Source: a virus
Lineage: Duplodnaviria > Caudoviricetes
Direction: 5' to 3' (one strand)
Length of the DNA: 64,000 bases
Virus record (IMG/VR): IMGVR_UViG_3300008255_000098
The first letter of the stretch is position 1, and the number at the start of each line of letters is the position of its first letter. A program made the position numbers and the translations under genes. The notes under the pieces were generated by a model, which did no database searches, was not told where the DNA came from, and saw only the letters and a list, made by a program, of their open reading frames with translations. Shown piece after piece: positions 63,300 to 64,000 of this stretch.

Positions 63300-64000
63300 A
63301 GGCCGTGGTGGTGGTGGTGGGCTGTTTGTGGTTGTTTGTAGTTTTCTTGTAATAAGAGTAACACACACAGCATTAGGTTTAAAACAATTTTAAAATCGGA
63401 TTATGATTTATTCGGCGGATCCACCAAAAAAGAATAAGAATCAAATAAGAACAACAACAACAACAACAATATTCCTATTACCATTGTTCTTCTTGTTATT
63501 GTTTAGTGTTAGAAGTAGTGGTAATAGGTTTCTTCTTCTTCTAGTTCTTCTTACCTCCCAGAAGAAAAGTAATGATGATGATAGTGGTAGTGGTGTTGTT
63601 GTTTTTAGTTGTTGTCGTTTTTAGTTGTTTTTGGTTTTTTTCTTGTTTTTATAACATAGGACATGTGTATTAAAATGAACTCAATTTCTTAGTTATTAGA
63701 AGGAGTGTTTGTTGTGGTGAATAGCTGTTTTATACTTTATGTGCAAATAATGGCTCTTATTGCAGTATTTTCTTGCAGATTATTATAAGTGAAAAAGGAG
63801 GGGGGTATTACCCACCAGGATATTAAATAATATATTATAATACTTTATGTGCTGTTTTTACGGGGTTTCTTATACATTTTCTCTCCTAATCTCGACCCCG
63901 AAAAAGGGTAAGAACAAGTGAGTAAGAAGAATGACGACTGTAACAACAAGAACTACAAGAACTACAAGAACTATAAGAGAGCAACAACAACAAGAACAAC
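63300..64000. repeat. microsatellite-rich low-complexity region
   Basis: (GTG)n, (ACA)n, (TGT)n and (ACAAGAACT)n runs; no convincing ORF. Confidence 0.75.

Noticed and set aside
63403-63624. ORFs 62773-62988, 63403-63624 and 59578-59790
   Set aside because: They arise from microsatellites or antisense frames (poly-Leu, poly-Thr) and have no RBS or motif.
1-64000. CRISPR array or cas genes
   Set aside because: No regularly spaced direct repeats with unique spacers; the repeats seen are tandem microsatellites or dispersed IS ends.

Overview
AT-rich, gene-dense segment, almost entirely + strand until about 58.7 kb, that reads as part of a huge (jumbo) bacteriophage genome in genetic code 11. 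It carries two tRNA clusters (0.1-6.8 kb and 47.5-50 kb, about 30 tRNA genes), a tmRNA (tag ADNAPLALAA) and a stand-alone UUA-anticodon (ochre suppressor) tRNA. Translation genes include AsnRS, LysRS, AsnB, IF-1, Met aminopeptidase, a PTH2-like protein, a SpoU methylase, a bL12-like domain, GroES and ClpP. Other recognisable genes are two RNA ligases, a 2H phosphoesterase, an NAD salvage set (NAMPT, CinA-like, NMNAT-like, NAD kinase, three Nudix), ADP-ribose erasers (NADAR, macrodomain), two DNA adenine methylases and a sigma factor; many small hypothetical genes fall into paralog families. The most unusual signals are non-coding: (1) several TnpB-less IS200/IS605 right-end (reRNA-like) remnants, one followed by a guide-length copy of a variant tmRNA pseudoknot-1 sequence just upstream of the phage's own mismatched tmRNA; (2) a PTH2-like gene, structured RNA and ochre suppressor tRNA in a row; (3) a tRNA-Pro(CGG) split by an HNH cassette; (4) armless tRNA minihelices, atypical tRNAs and several unassigned structured RNAs. 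All annotation is by eye from motifs and base pairing; no database search was run.
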